IMG/VR virus record: IMGVR_UViG_3300017528_000567
Span: 186,001 to 250,000 of that record
Length of the DNA: 64,000 nucleotides
Strand: one strand, 5' to 3'
The notes below the pieces were generated by a model that worked only from the letters and a program-made list of their open reading frames with translations, did not search any database and was not told the origin of the DNA. The position numbers and the translations under genes were made by a program. Below are positions 37,135-45,202 of the stretch, piece by piece; position 1 is the first letter of the stretch, and each line of letters opens with the position of its first letter.

Positions 37135-38220
37135 TCAAAAGGAGTAGTCGAATAACGCTGATGACGCCGTCTTCTCCTCACCGGCCTCACTCAACACCTT
37201 GTTGAGATGCGCTGCCAGATACTCCGCAATCTTGGCGGGCGTGCCTGACTTGGCGCGGAGCAATGTCTTGGCGCGGTCACCGCCGAAGAAGTTCGTGAAC
37301 TGCTCGACCTTGACCTTGACCACCGCCTGGTCGCGATCCTTCCGATCAAACCCAGCAATGGTGAACTGCAGGCGGCCCTTATCTTTGATGAAGAGTTTGC
37401 AGTACAGCGCCCCACTTCCACCGAGCTGGTGCTCCGACCGGTCGATCGTAAACTCTGCGTCACCCTTGACCTTGACCTTGACCTTGACCTTCGATTCGAG
37501 CCAATCGGCGAACTTGTTGAAGCTCATCGCGCCGGGAGTCTTCTTGACCTCTTCAGCCTTCGCCGCCGCGGCCTCCTCCTGCTCGACCTTCATCTTTGCT
37601 TTCATCTCTTCGGGATCGACAACCGTCGGAGCGACCTTGCCATCGATCAGGTCCTGCACAAGCGGCGCGGCCTTCAGCCCAACTTCCTTGCCGATCGCCG
37701 ACCAAGTTTCCAATTCCTTGCGCGCCTCGCCGAGCTCGTGCATCGACGCTGGCTTCGGCTCACCGTTGATGACCCAAGTCGCCCCCTTCAGTTGGGCTAC
37801 CAGGTGCTTGGTCTGCGCAAATACCAGCGCCTTGATCCCATCAAAGTCAGCCTTCGGAAACTCTTTCATGAACTCCGAGACGGCAGAGGCATTCGAGTAC
37901 CCGGTAAGACCAGCCCACTGAACGTGGTCTTGTGCATCCAGATACATACACCCTGCCACACCCGCATACGTACTGGCCTTGGGTTTGTTCCAGCTCAACG
38001 CGGCATCCTTCTCAGGCTCACCACCCGGATACCACGCCTTCGAAGTCTGCTCGACAAGGCGAAAGCCCTGCCTCGCCTTGAACTCTAGCCATACACGCTT
38101 GCGGCACCTGGCTTTGAAGCCACTAGGATAGTCGTCGATCACATAAGCGTTCTGAGGGCTATCGTGTCCGTACAGAGGTTTCTTGCTGCTGGCGGTGCGC
38201 ACTCGAAAGTCGTAGGTCAT
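37135..38220 (-). CDS. Hypothetical protein (MTYDFRVRTA N-terminus)
   Basis: CTTATG-N13-ATG. Confidence 0.75.
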   Translation of the reverse strand: MTYDFRVRTASSKKPLYGHDSPQNAYVIDDYPSGFKARCRKRVWLEFKARQGFRLVEQTSKAWYPGGEPEKDAALSWNKPKASTYAGVAGCMYLDAQDHVQWAGLTGYSNASAVSEFMKEFPKADFDGIKALVFAQTKHLVAQLKGATWVINGEPKPASMHELGEARKELETWSAIGKEVGLKAAPLVQDLIDGKVAPTVVDPEEMKAKMKVEQEEAAAAKAEEVKKTPGAMSFNKFADWLESKVKVKVKVKGDAEFTIDRSEHQLGGSGALYCKLFIKDKGRLQFTIAGFDRKDRDQAVVKVKVEQFTNFFGGDRAKTLLRAKSGTPAKIAEYLAAHLNKVLSEAGEEKTASSALFDYSF

Positions 38221-38492
38221 GTCTAGAACGTGACATAAGAAGCCTATGGCAGTTAGGGGGCAACGTCCCAATCTATGAAGATCTATTGCAGACTATTTGC
38301 CAGACTATTTTGCACCTACATCTCGAGTGAAAAGCGCTAGGTTTCCCCACCGCGTCCCCTAGCGGACGCCCATTCGCCAAGCCCCCGGCTCGGCTGGTGG
38401 TCATTGCGCTCTGTGCGCTGCTTCTGGCGCGGGCAGGGAGGCACCCTACGCGCCGTAATCCTCTGGTGAGCCCGCTCATAAGAAGGGCTCTC

Positions 38493-38660
38493 ATGACTCA
38501 TTTCGTTTGCTCTAGTTGCGGCGCCGGCGTCCATCACGATGAACACCCGGAAGGCCGGCCTGTCCTTGCCTGCGATTGCGACCCCAACGAAGCCAAGCCG
38601 ATCGAGGTTCCCTACTATTCTGAAGCCGAAGAGTGGGATGACTGGATTCGAAGGCGTTGA
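38493..38660 (+). CDS. Small zinc-binding protein
   Basis: MTHFVCSSCG...CDC. Confidence 0.5.
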   Translation: MTHFVCSSCGAGVHHDEHPEGRPVLACDCDPNEAKPIEVPYYSEAEEWDDWIRRR

Positions 38661-38673
38661 CTCCCGGCACAGC

Positions 38674-38748
38674 TGGCGCACACGACCCGACTCGAACGGG
38701 CATTATCCTGGGTGAAAACCAAGGGTCCTACCATTAGACGACGTGTGC
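38674..38748 (-). tRNA. tRNA-Glu(TTC)
   Basis: Loop TTTTCAC, CCA. Confidence 0.88.
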
Positions 38749-38750
38749 AG

Positions 38751-38870
38751 AGGTCCGTGACGGCGGCATAGAACGCAAGCCTCGCAGCCGGGCGCAGACC
38801 TCGTTGATCAAGCGAGCGCCGCCACTACGACTTAGAAGGTCGCCGCGTATTCTTAAAGCCTGTGTCACGA
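38751..38870 (-). ncRNA. tRNA-like RNA with Arg(TCT)-type anticodon arm and expanded T arm
   Basis: TCGTGAC/GTCACGG-ACC, GCGAC-CTTCTAA-GTCGT, GGCGGC...GCCGCC enclosing about 50 nt. Confidence 0.5.
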
Positions 38871-38872
38871 AC

Positions 38873-38949
38873 CGGCACCCCCACGGGGCGACGATCCCCG
38901 TTCACGTCACTGAGAATGACGTATCCTAACCAACGTAGACGATGGGGGC
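38873..38949 (-). tRNA. tRNA-Glu(CTC)
   Basis: Loop TTCTCAG. Confidence 0.85.
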
Positions 38950-39239
38950 ATGTAACCTGTAACCATACATCATGCAGGCGCTTGAACATTCACCGGCGCC
39001 CGATTGTATTCGCAGGGTCACGCAAACCGAACAGGAGTCGCCATGAAGCCACGCATGACCGCCCTCACTTGCACCTTGCTTGTACGAACCTTCGCCTCTT
39101 TAGAAGCCGGAGCCAAAGAGGTAACCGAGGCACTTGGCTGGGTGAACTATTTTCTCGCCACTTGGATCAGCCTCGACCATTCGAGCTCGGTCGGACGTAA
39201 ACGTGCGGTCAAACTGCCGCCAGCTTCGAACTAGGCGTG

Positions 39240-39317
39240 TGGTGGGTTGTCCAGGAGTCGAACCCGGTTCTACCGCTCTTCAGGCGGTCGCTGAATAACC
39301 GTACTAGCTCACAACCC
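39240..39317 (-). tRNA. tRNA-Phe(GAA)
   Basis: Loop CTGAAGA, CCA. Confidence 0.88.
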
Positions 39318-39319
39318 AT

Positions 39320-39395
39320 AGAGCCCGTGATGGGGATCGAACCCACCGAAGTCCGCGGTACGAGTGCGGTGCCTCACCATTGAGGCGACACGGGC
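39320..39395 (-). tRNA. tRNA-Thr(CGT)
   Basis: Loop CTCGTAC. Confidence 0.85.
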
Positions 39396-39416
39396 AGAAT
39401 CATAAGGCGATCACGC

Positions 39417-40031
39417 TCAAGTCACGGGGCTCTCTATCGGAGCGATTGCGAAGCGGATGCGGCGGACCTGGGCCGTGTTTGCCGAGCCCACTCTGCGCAG
39501 CTGCAGCACAAGCGAAGGTGCGTCGAGTGCATTAGCCGCCAAGATAACAGACCCCGAAAAAGAAGTGTAGAAAGTCAGGTTGTTGGAGCTTTCAGCCCGC
39601 TCCACCCCCGCCCACAAGATTCTAGCCGAGACCCCTGATGTTGAATCCGCGGTCACGACGGCTAGCTCACTGTAAAAGGAGACCAGATAGTTTCCGCCTG
39701 CCAAAAGCCCTGACTGCATCGTAGCCTTGGTAACGTAAGTCGTGCCCGGCTCCGTTTGAACGCCCTCCGAAAACAACGTCTGAGCTCCACGCACGTACCC
39801 CACACCAGTGTGAGTATTACAGACATTGTCGATGGCGGTCAGATCTGCGGCGCTCGGGGTAACGTTGAACTGAAGGACGAGGGTCCCAGTCGCCACAGTG
39901 GAAAAAGTGCTCACACACTTGGCACTGGTAATGGCCGCACCGATCTGCGCCTCAAGGACCTCGATGTTTGGCCAAGAGGTAGTGAGGGCCGAGAAGCCCC
40001 CGGGCACATTCTTAGTGATTTGGTAAGCCAT
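39417..40031 (-). CDS. Hypothetical beta-rich, possibly virion protein
   Basis: Thr/Ser/Ala-rich 204 aa, AAGGA RBS. Confidence 0.65.
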   Translation of the reverse strand: MAYQITKNVPGGFSALTTSWPNIEVLEAQIGAAITSAKCVSTFSTVATGTLVLQFNVTPSAADLTAIDNVCNTHTGVGYVRGAQTLFSEGVQTEPGTTYVTKATMQSGLLAGGNYLVSFYSELAVVTADSTSGVSARILWAGVERAESSNNLTFYTSFSGSVILAANALDAPSLVLQLRRVGSANTAQVRRIRFAIAPIESPVT

Positions 40032-40173
40032 CGGTCGTCCTTTGGACCTTGGTACACCGAGAACTCCCGCCGTCCCATGCCGGCCGCGGCGGAAACCAAA
40101 ATATGCGGTTGCCTACTGATTTGTTCGGGCCGCACCCGGCACTCTCGGGCCTATCTCTCACGTAGGTGGTTCT

Positions 40174-40247
40174 CGGCACGCCGCCCGGGACTCGAACCCG
40201 GATGAAGAGTTTTGGAGGCTCCCATCTTGCCATTAGATGAACGACGT
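40174..40247 (-). tRNA. tRNA-Trp(CCA)
   Basis: Loop CTCCAAA. Confidence 0.87.
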
Positions 40248-40252
40248 AAGAC

Positions 40253-40345
40253 CCACGGGCACCACTGGAACGTCTCGAGGACGACTTACCCAGAGTAACC
40301 GCAACGTTCTTAGAACGACTTACGCGGCTTTGGTGCTGGACGTGG
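40253..40345 (-). ncRNA. Twin-hairpin small RNA
   Basis: Closing stems CCACG/CGTGG and GCACCA/TGGTGC; two GTAAGTCGT..ACGTT hairpins. Confidence 0.55.
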
Positions 40346-40346
40346 T

Positions 40347-40421
40347 TGGTCGAGCTGGCGGGAATTGAACCCGCTGCCTCCTGTTCCCGAAACAGGCGTC
40401 ATACCGATTGACTACAGCTCG
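40347..40421 (-). tRNA. tRNA-Pro(CGG)
   Basis: Loop TTCGGGA, CCA. Confidence 0.9.
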
Positions 40422-40422
40422 T

Positions 40423-40499
40423 TGGTCTAGATGGAGGGATTCGAACCCACGGCCTCACCGCCCCAAACGGTGCGCACTACCAGGCTGTGCTACATCTAG
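40423..40499 (-). tRNA. tRNA-Pro(TGG)
   Basis: Loop TTTGGGG, CCA. Confidence 0.9.
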
Positions 40500-40518
40500 A
40501 TACTCGTCACAACATTCT

Positions 40519-40594
40519 CGGTCGGCCGTAGAGGAGTTGAACCTCTTTCTCCACGTTATCAGCGTGGCAAACTAAACCCTAGTTATAACGGCCG
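40519..40594 (-). tRNA. tRNA-Ile(GAT)
   Basis: Loop CTGATAA. Confidence 0.85.
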
Positions 40595-40654
40595 TGGCTA
40601 AAGCCGCCTCTCGCGAGACGGCCTCGTTGCTCCTTCCGCACATGGCGGATGAGC

Positions 40655-40846
40655 TCAGTTCGGGAGATCTTCCTCTGAGTTGACCAACGCCACCACGAGC
40701 TCGGTACCATTCGGCCCGATGCCTTCGGCGTTGAGGTAGACCTCATCAAGCGACGCCGAGTACCTCTGCCTCTTGATACCGATGGTCACGGGCCGGTCAG
40801 GGTCCGTGCATTGACTCAAGATGCGGATGAGCTCGCCGACGGTCAT
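40655..40846 (-). CDS. Small phage protein (MTVGELIRIL)
   Basis: Typical phage small-ORF start motif. Confidence 0.6.
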   Translation of the reverse strand: MTVGELIRILSQCTDPDRPVTIGIKRQRYSASLDEVYLNAEGIGPNGTELVVALVNSEEDLPN

Positions 40847-40857
40847 ACGAAAAAAAT

Positions 40858-40991
40858 AGAGAGCGCTCGAGGAATCAGGCAGGATAACCTCTTTCGAGGG
40901 CGACTGGGATCGAACCAGCAACATTCTGTGTACAAGACAGATGCTCTACCAAATGAGCTACGCGTGTATGCCTGATGAAGTGAACGCTCTC
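40858..40991 (-). ncRNA. Y-like RNA: conserved terminal stem enclosing a tRNA-Thr(TGT)-like domain with a broken acceptor
   Basis: GAGAGCG-TTCACTTC-ATCAGGCA...TGCCTGAT-TCCTCGAG-CGCTCTC, followed by a U tract. Confidence 0.7.
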
Positions 40992-41067
40992 GGATGCGAA
41001 CCCCTGGAGTCGAACCAGGTTTCTCCGGCTTATGAGGCCGGCGGATTGCCGTCTTCCCCGGCCGCCA
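40992..41067 (-). tRNA. tRNA-Met(CAT), irregular acceptor
   Basis: CCGGC-CTCATAA-GCCGG, canonical T arm. Confidence 0.72.
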
Positions 41068-41094
41068 TGTAGAGAACTTACACCAAAAGAAAAT

Positions 41095-41226
41095 GAGAGC
41101 AGCGCTCGAGAGATCAAGCAGAGAGTTCGCAAAGCGGGGATTGAACCCGCCTAGTCTTTTTTGGATGAAAGGTGCCCCACCTTGGGGCGATTTGCTTGTG
41201 TGCTCGATCGAAGTGAATGCTGCTCG
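41095..41226 (-). ncRNA. Y-like RNA: same terminal stem enclosing a degenerate tRNA domain
   Basis: GAGCAGC-ATTCACTTC-GATCGAGCA...TGCTTGATC-TCTCGAGC-GCTGCTC; D arm GCCCC/GGGGC; T arm GCGGG-TTCAATC-CCCGC; U tract. Confidence 0.7.
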
Positions 41227-41299
41227 GCTCCTAGGGAGGGTAACGATCCCCCAACCACGCCGTTAACAGCGGCGCGCTCTACCGTTGAGCTACCTAGGA
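41225..41299 (-). tRNA. tRNA-Asn(GTT)
   Basis: Loop CTGTTAA. Confidence 0.87.
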
Positions 41300-41302
41300 A
41301 AA

Positions 41303-41380
41303 TGGCTGGGACGGAGGGCCTCGAACCCCCAAATCACTTGGTTAACAGCCAAGCGGCTTACCTGCTTTGCCTACATCCCA
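41303..41380 (-). tRNA. tRNA-Asn(GTT), second copy
   Basis: Loop CTGTTAA, CCA. Confidence 0.87.
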
Positions 41381-41408
41381 ATGAACCGGGGACACCCCGG
41401 CAGAAACT

Positions 41409-41624
41409 TTAGAAGCAGCTCTCAACGCCCATCCCGATCGGAGCGGGGCGATGATACTGACAGCGGACTTTCTCGAGCTGCAGCTTGAGCTTACCGTCCG
41501 CGCCGACCACGTGTTGAAAATAGTGCCCGTGAGCCACGCCATCTTGGATGGCATCTGTGGAGGGCTGCAGGACTGCGATCCCACAAATGCCACACACCCC
41601 TGGTCTGATGTTCTTGTTCGGCAT
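41409..41624 (-). CDS. Small Cys/His-containing protein
   Basis: CGIC...CQYH; GGAG RBS. Confidence 0.55.
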   Translation of the reverse strand: MPNKNIRPGVCGICGIAVLQPSTDAIQDGVAHGHYFQHVVGADGKLKLQLEKVRCQYHRPAPIGMGVESCF

Positions 41625-41639
41625 TGGTCTCCCCGATGG

Positions 41640-42008
41640 TCACCAATCGTAACAAGGGCGTTTGAAGTCCTCCAACGAGTGCCGGCTCGGAACCGTCTGC
41701 CCTGACCGCGCTCCAAGCATGTCCTTGCGAACCACTGCCGTCCCGTCAGCTCGAACGTCTTCTCGATACCACGCGCCAAAGTTTACAGCCTTCGGGACCC
41801 TCTGGCCCTCTACCACGAACAAGCACAAGCGAGGTGGTCCCCCTAATGTGCCGGCCATGTCCGTAAATTCGAGGATTGCTTTACCCGCTAGCAGCCGGTT
41901 AATCACCTTCAAGGTGGCTATACACGGCTTGTCCGGACCCAGGATCCTCATGAGATAGTTGAACCTCTTCGTTTCAAAATCTATCGCTTTTGGCATTGAC
42001 TGGCTCAA
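41640..42008 (-). CDS. Hypothetical protein
   Basis: 122 aa ORF. Confidence 0.55.
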   Translation of the reverse strand: MSQSMPKAIDFETKRFNYLMRILGPDKPCIATLKVINRLLAGKAILEFTDMAGTLGGPPRLCLFVVEGQRVPKAVNFGAWYREDVRADGTAVVRKDMLGARSGQTVPSRHSLEDFKRPCYDW

Positions 42009-42024
42009 TGAACCGGGCCTCTCC

Positions 42025-42103
42025 CCGGTAGGTCACGCCTGATTCGGTCGACTGGCTTTGTGCCAAGTGGCAGTGGCGTTCCTTCGTGCGGCGCTACACC
42101 GCG
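42025..42103 (-). repeat. About 80-nt promoter/leader repeat, copy 1 (copy 2 at 43146..43224)
   Basis: CCGCGGTGTAG.GCCGCAC.AAGGAACGC.ACTGCCACT...GTCGACCGAATCAGGCGTGACCTACCGGGGA. Confidence 0.85.
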
Positions 42104-42107
42104 GCGC

Positions 42108-42491
42108 CTACCTGCGAGCGCCGATAATCTCAAGAACCATTTCGGCAACCATGTCGACAGTGATGAGGCCGATCTTGGCCGCGTGCGACCGCTGAACCTT
42201 CCGCTTGTACATGGAATCGAAGTCCAGATGGACCGTCGCCTCGAAGTTCGCCGACGCCAACGTGAGGGACACCGAGCCACTCAAGTCGAAGTCGCTGATG
42301 TCCGTGCCCTCGACGATGAGGAAACTCATCGAGATGCCATCGCGGACCCTACATGTACAGTACTTCTGCTTGGCATTCACAATCCTGCCAACTTCCCCGA
42401 GGAACTCCGCTTCAGCGCGCTTCAGGTAGTCGTTGAAGGACTTGCTAGTGTCGGTGCGGGGATCGGAGGACTCGGTTGCTGACTTGGACAT
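42108..42491 (-). CDS. Hypothetical protein
   Basis: MSKSATES... portion of ORF 42108..42590. Confidence 0.55.
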   Translation of the reverse strand: MSKSATESSDPRTDTSKSFNDYLKRAEAEFLGEVGRIVNAKQKYCTCRVRDGISMSFLIVEGTDISDFDLSGSVSLTLASANFEATVHLDFDSMYKRKVQRSHAAKIGLITVDMVAEMVLEIIGARR

Positions 42492-42652
42492 GTTCTTTAC
42501 CTTCCGGTCTAGGAACAATCCACAGGGGCCATTCTTCAAGCTCAAGATGCGTTTTCCAGAACGCACCCTTGCACACACTGACCCCTCCATCGAGCTACCC
42601 CGGCGCGGGACCCTGAGTGGACCCCATAAATCTCTGATTTGAGGCCTTATGC

Positions 42653-43066
42653 ATGCGTACCATAGGTCTCGCTCTACTATTCGCCCTCATCGCGCCCTTC
42701 TCAGCTAACGCACAGGAAAACACCCCTGCTGCGACGGGAGGATCGACCGAGGTAACATCAACCCCAAGCCACCATTCCGACACAGAGCACAAATTCGGGT
42801 TCGGGCTTCGCTTGAAAGCTGCTGTTGGTGTCCACGCTCGCGACATAGTCGACGGGCGGAGACTTCTTGACTCCGGAGACGTCGGAATAATGATTGAGCC
42901 GCTCCACTTTTACCGCGCTAACCTGAACGCGTTCGCAAGCTTTCGCTCCGTTGGAATAGGTCTCGGCCACGATGTCACTCCGCACTTCGGCCTAGCAATC
43001 CTGGCCAACACGCCCTGGGAACAATGGCGACCTACGCCATTCCTAAGTGCGTACTTCGTATTTTGA
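42653..43066 (+). CDS. Secreted/outer-membrane beta-strand protein
   Basis: Signal peptide ending ANA-Q; amphipathic strands; C-terminal YFVF. Confidence 0.6.
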   Translation: MRTIGLALLFALIAPFSANAQENTPAATGGSTEVTSTPSHHSDTEHKFGFGLRLKAAVGVHARDIVDGRRLLDSGDVGIMIEPLHFYRANLNAFASFRSVGIGLGHDVTPHFGLAILANTPWEQWRPTPFLSAYFVF

Positions 43067-43089
43067 GAGGGGCGTACTCTGACGAGGGC

Positions 43090-43143
43090 TGGCGTCCCCG
43101 GAAGGATTTGAACCTTCACGCCAGCCTTCGTGGCGCCTTTCCA
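43090..43143 (-). pseudogene. Degenerate 3' copy of tRNA-Arg(ACG)
   Basis: GGAAAGGCGC..ACG.AGGCTG..TGAAGGTTC.A.TCCTTCCGGGGACGCCA matches 44134..44207. Confidence 0.7.
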
Positions 43144-43145
43144 TC

Positions 43146-43224
43146 CCCGGTAGGTCACGCCTGATTCGGTCGACCGGCCGATGGCCAGTGGCAGTTGCGT
43201 TCCTTTGTGCGGCTCTACACCGCG
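43146..43224 (-). repeat. About 80-nt promoter/leader repeat, copy 2
   Basis: Near-identical to 42025..42103. Confidence 0.85.
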
Positions 43225-43347
43225 GCGACGAAAGGTTGTGCCGCCAAGAGCTTGCGCGCGGACACATTATGGCGGTAACTTGAGAGCTTGCGCGCAGGGC
43301 CAGTTCGGCGGTAACGTTCAGGGCATTGCGCTTGGAGGAGCGTAACC

Positions 43348-44121
43348 ATGCCAGAAAACAGCCTGCAGGATTTAAGGGACGACTGGGCCGTCGGCGACGA
43401 TGTCCTGGTTGAATATCCAGGTTATGGCGGCGTAACGAGCTCGGTGAAAGCTGGCCGCATAGTGGACAAGGAGTCGGCGTTCGCGACAGTCCGGGTCGAA
43501 AATGGCGGGAATCAGAAGATCCCCTACAAACGCCTGAGACCAGTCGCCAGGCCAACCCGCCGTGTCCCGAACCCACAAGCGGCGCAACAATCGTTGCCCT
43601 TGCCGCAGTCGGTGCCGGGGCTGAGAGCAGTCCCACCAGCGCTTGCAGGTCTCGCTGAGGCACTCACGCCCGCATCAGCCGTGGTGACAGCCGAGCCCAC
43701 TCTCGCTCCCAGTCCCGCGCCTGTAGAAGAACAGAAACTCGTCAGGCTCGCCCCACGGTCCGCAGCACCGCGAGTCATACCGGCGCAGCCAGAGCTCGAA
43801 GCGACGCCAGAGCTCGAAGCGACGCCAGTGCCCGTGCCGACACCGGTAGCGACACCGAGGAAGCGCAAAACTGACAACATCGCTGCCTGGCTTGAGAACG
43901 GCGAAACAATCCTTGATCAGCTAGCCGCCAAGGAAAAAGATCTCAAAGCAGAGACCAAGGAGCTGGAGGAACTCCGGAGAGAGGTCGAAGAGGAAGCCGC
44001 CGCGAAGCTGGCCGCCCTAGTGAAAATCCAGGCGGACATCGAGTCTTTCCGGAAGCTCAGGAAGTTCATCGCTACAGTTCGCCCGAACATCCCCCTCGTT
44101 CAGGCCGAGCAGCACGCCTAG
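43348..44121 (+). CDS. Protein with SH3/Tudor-like N-terminus, Pro/Ala linker and C-terminal coiled coil
   Basis: GGAGGAG RBS; WAVGDDVLVEY; PELEAT repeat. Confidence 0.7.
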   Translation: MPENSLQDLRDDWAVGDDVLVEYPGYGGVTSSVKAGRIVDKESAFATVRVENGGNQKIPYKRLRPVARPTRRVPNPQAAQQSLPLPQSVPGLRAVPPALAGLAEALTPASAVVTAEPTLAPSPAPVEEQKLVRLAPRSAAPRVIPAQPELEATPELEATPVPVPTPVATPRKRKTDNIAAWLENGETILDQLAAKEKDLKAETKELEELRREVEEEAAAKLAALVKIQADIESFRKLRKFIATVRPNIPLVQAEQHA

Positions 44122-44133
44122 GATTCAGTGCCT

Positions 44134-44207
44134 TGGCGTCCCCGGAAGGACTCGAACCTTCATAGCAGCCTCCGTAGGACTGCGCCTTTCCTTTAGACGA
44201 CGGGGAC
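44134..44207 (-). tRNA. tRNA-Arg(ACG)
   Basis: Loop CTACGGA, CCA. Confidence 0.88.
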
Positions 44208-44261
44208 AACGGGGATAAGGGTGCCCACATCTGGCCCTTATCCCCACTGAGTGTTCAGAGA

Positions 44262-44336
44262 CGGTGGAGTCACGGGGACACGATCCCCGATTTCCTGGGT
44301 GCAAACCAGGTGTCTTCCCAATTGGACGATGACCCC
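44262..44336 (-). tRNA. tRNA-Ala(TGC)
   Basis: G3-U70, loop TTTGCAC. Confidence 0.88.
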
Positions 44337-44347
44337 GAACATTGATC

Positions 44348-44421
44348 TGGTGGAGAGCACGGGAATCGAACCCGCCAACCGCTGAATGCGAAACAGCGCC
44401 GGCCCCTTGCCTGTCACCCCC
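44348..44421 (-). tRNA. tRNA-Ala(CGC)
   Basis: G3-U70, anticodon CGC, CCA; irregular stems. Confidence 0.75.
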
Positions 44422-44520
44422 CGTCGACGCCGCTGCGAGTACGGTCGCGGCTACCGGCTAGATTCTCGACACTCGCTGTGATCTAACAGACCCTCTGTCA
44501 GATTGGCTCTGCAGCCGTCT

Positions 44521-44595
44521 AGGCGCCCCCGACAGGAGTCGAACCTGCCTCAGCTGATCGACAATCAGCCCGCCTCACCCGATGCGTACGAGGGC
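44521..44595 (-). tRNA. tRNA-Asp(GTC)
   Basis: Loop TTGTCGA. Confidence 0.85.
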
Positions 44596-44837
44596 ACAAC
44601 ACGTTGCGATAGCTCCGCAATGGAGCTACATGTCTTTCGCGGGGGCCTCGGGCCTTAGGAGCCCAAGACCCCCGCTAAGACGGATGACACACGTCACACT
44701 CATCGCCCAGGGATCCGCCCGGTACGACCCCAATGACGTGGTCATCTCGAATTCCTATATTCAGTTGTCAACGAACGAAGACGCCACAATCGCTTATCCA
44801 GGCTGATCCCGGTATTCGGGGCCTTTCGCGTCTTCAC

Positions 44838-44911
44838 AGTGCCGCACCAGGGAGTCGAACCCTGTGGAGCCATCTTAAGAGGATGGTGCTCGACCGTTGA
44901 GCGTGCGCGGC
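44838..44911 (-). tRNA. tRNA-Lys(CTT)
   Basis: Loop CTCTTAA. Confidence 0.88.
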
Positions 44912-44913
44912 GT

Positions 44914-44988
44914 TGTAGGGTCGGAGGGGATCGAACCCTCGATCGTCCGATTAAAAGTCGGCTGCTTTGTCCACTTAGCTACGACCCC
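44914..44988 (-). tRNA. tRNA-Lys(TTT)
   Basis: Loop CTTTTAA. Confidence 0.9.
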
Positions 44989-45046
44989 AAAATAGGCGGC
45001 GTCGCAGCGTTCGTTTGAGTCGTCTCATGGATACCTATTTTCTCTC

Positions 45047-45130
45047 TAGTGGTGGGGGGCGGAATTTGCACCGCCACAGGATTAACGGCTGATTTACAGT
45101 CAGTTGGGCTCACTCGTGCCCAGCCCCACC
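45047..45130 (-). tRNA. tRNA-Tyr(GTA)
   Basis: Loop CTGTAAA, long variable arm. Confidence 0.85.
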
Positions 45131-45202
45131 AGAATCATCTGGGTAGCGGCTGAGCGTCGATAGCGTTCGTGTAGCGGTTCGTGTCGCATGGTCTGAGCTC
45201 TA

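Noticed and set aside
38272-38320. Short CTATT(T)GC tandem repeats as iterons
   Set aside because: Only about three degenerate copies; no further support
40895-40967. Functional standalone tRNA-Thr(TGT)
   Set aside because: Acceptor pairs only 3 bp, it is embedded in a larger stem, and an intact Thr(TGT) exists at 33296-33370
43240-43320. AGAGCTTGCGCGC and GGCGGTAAC duplications as a mini-CRISPR
   Set aside because: Two short copies only; at most operator sites for 43348..44121
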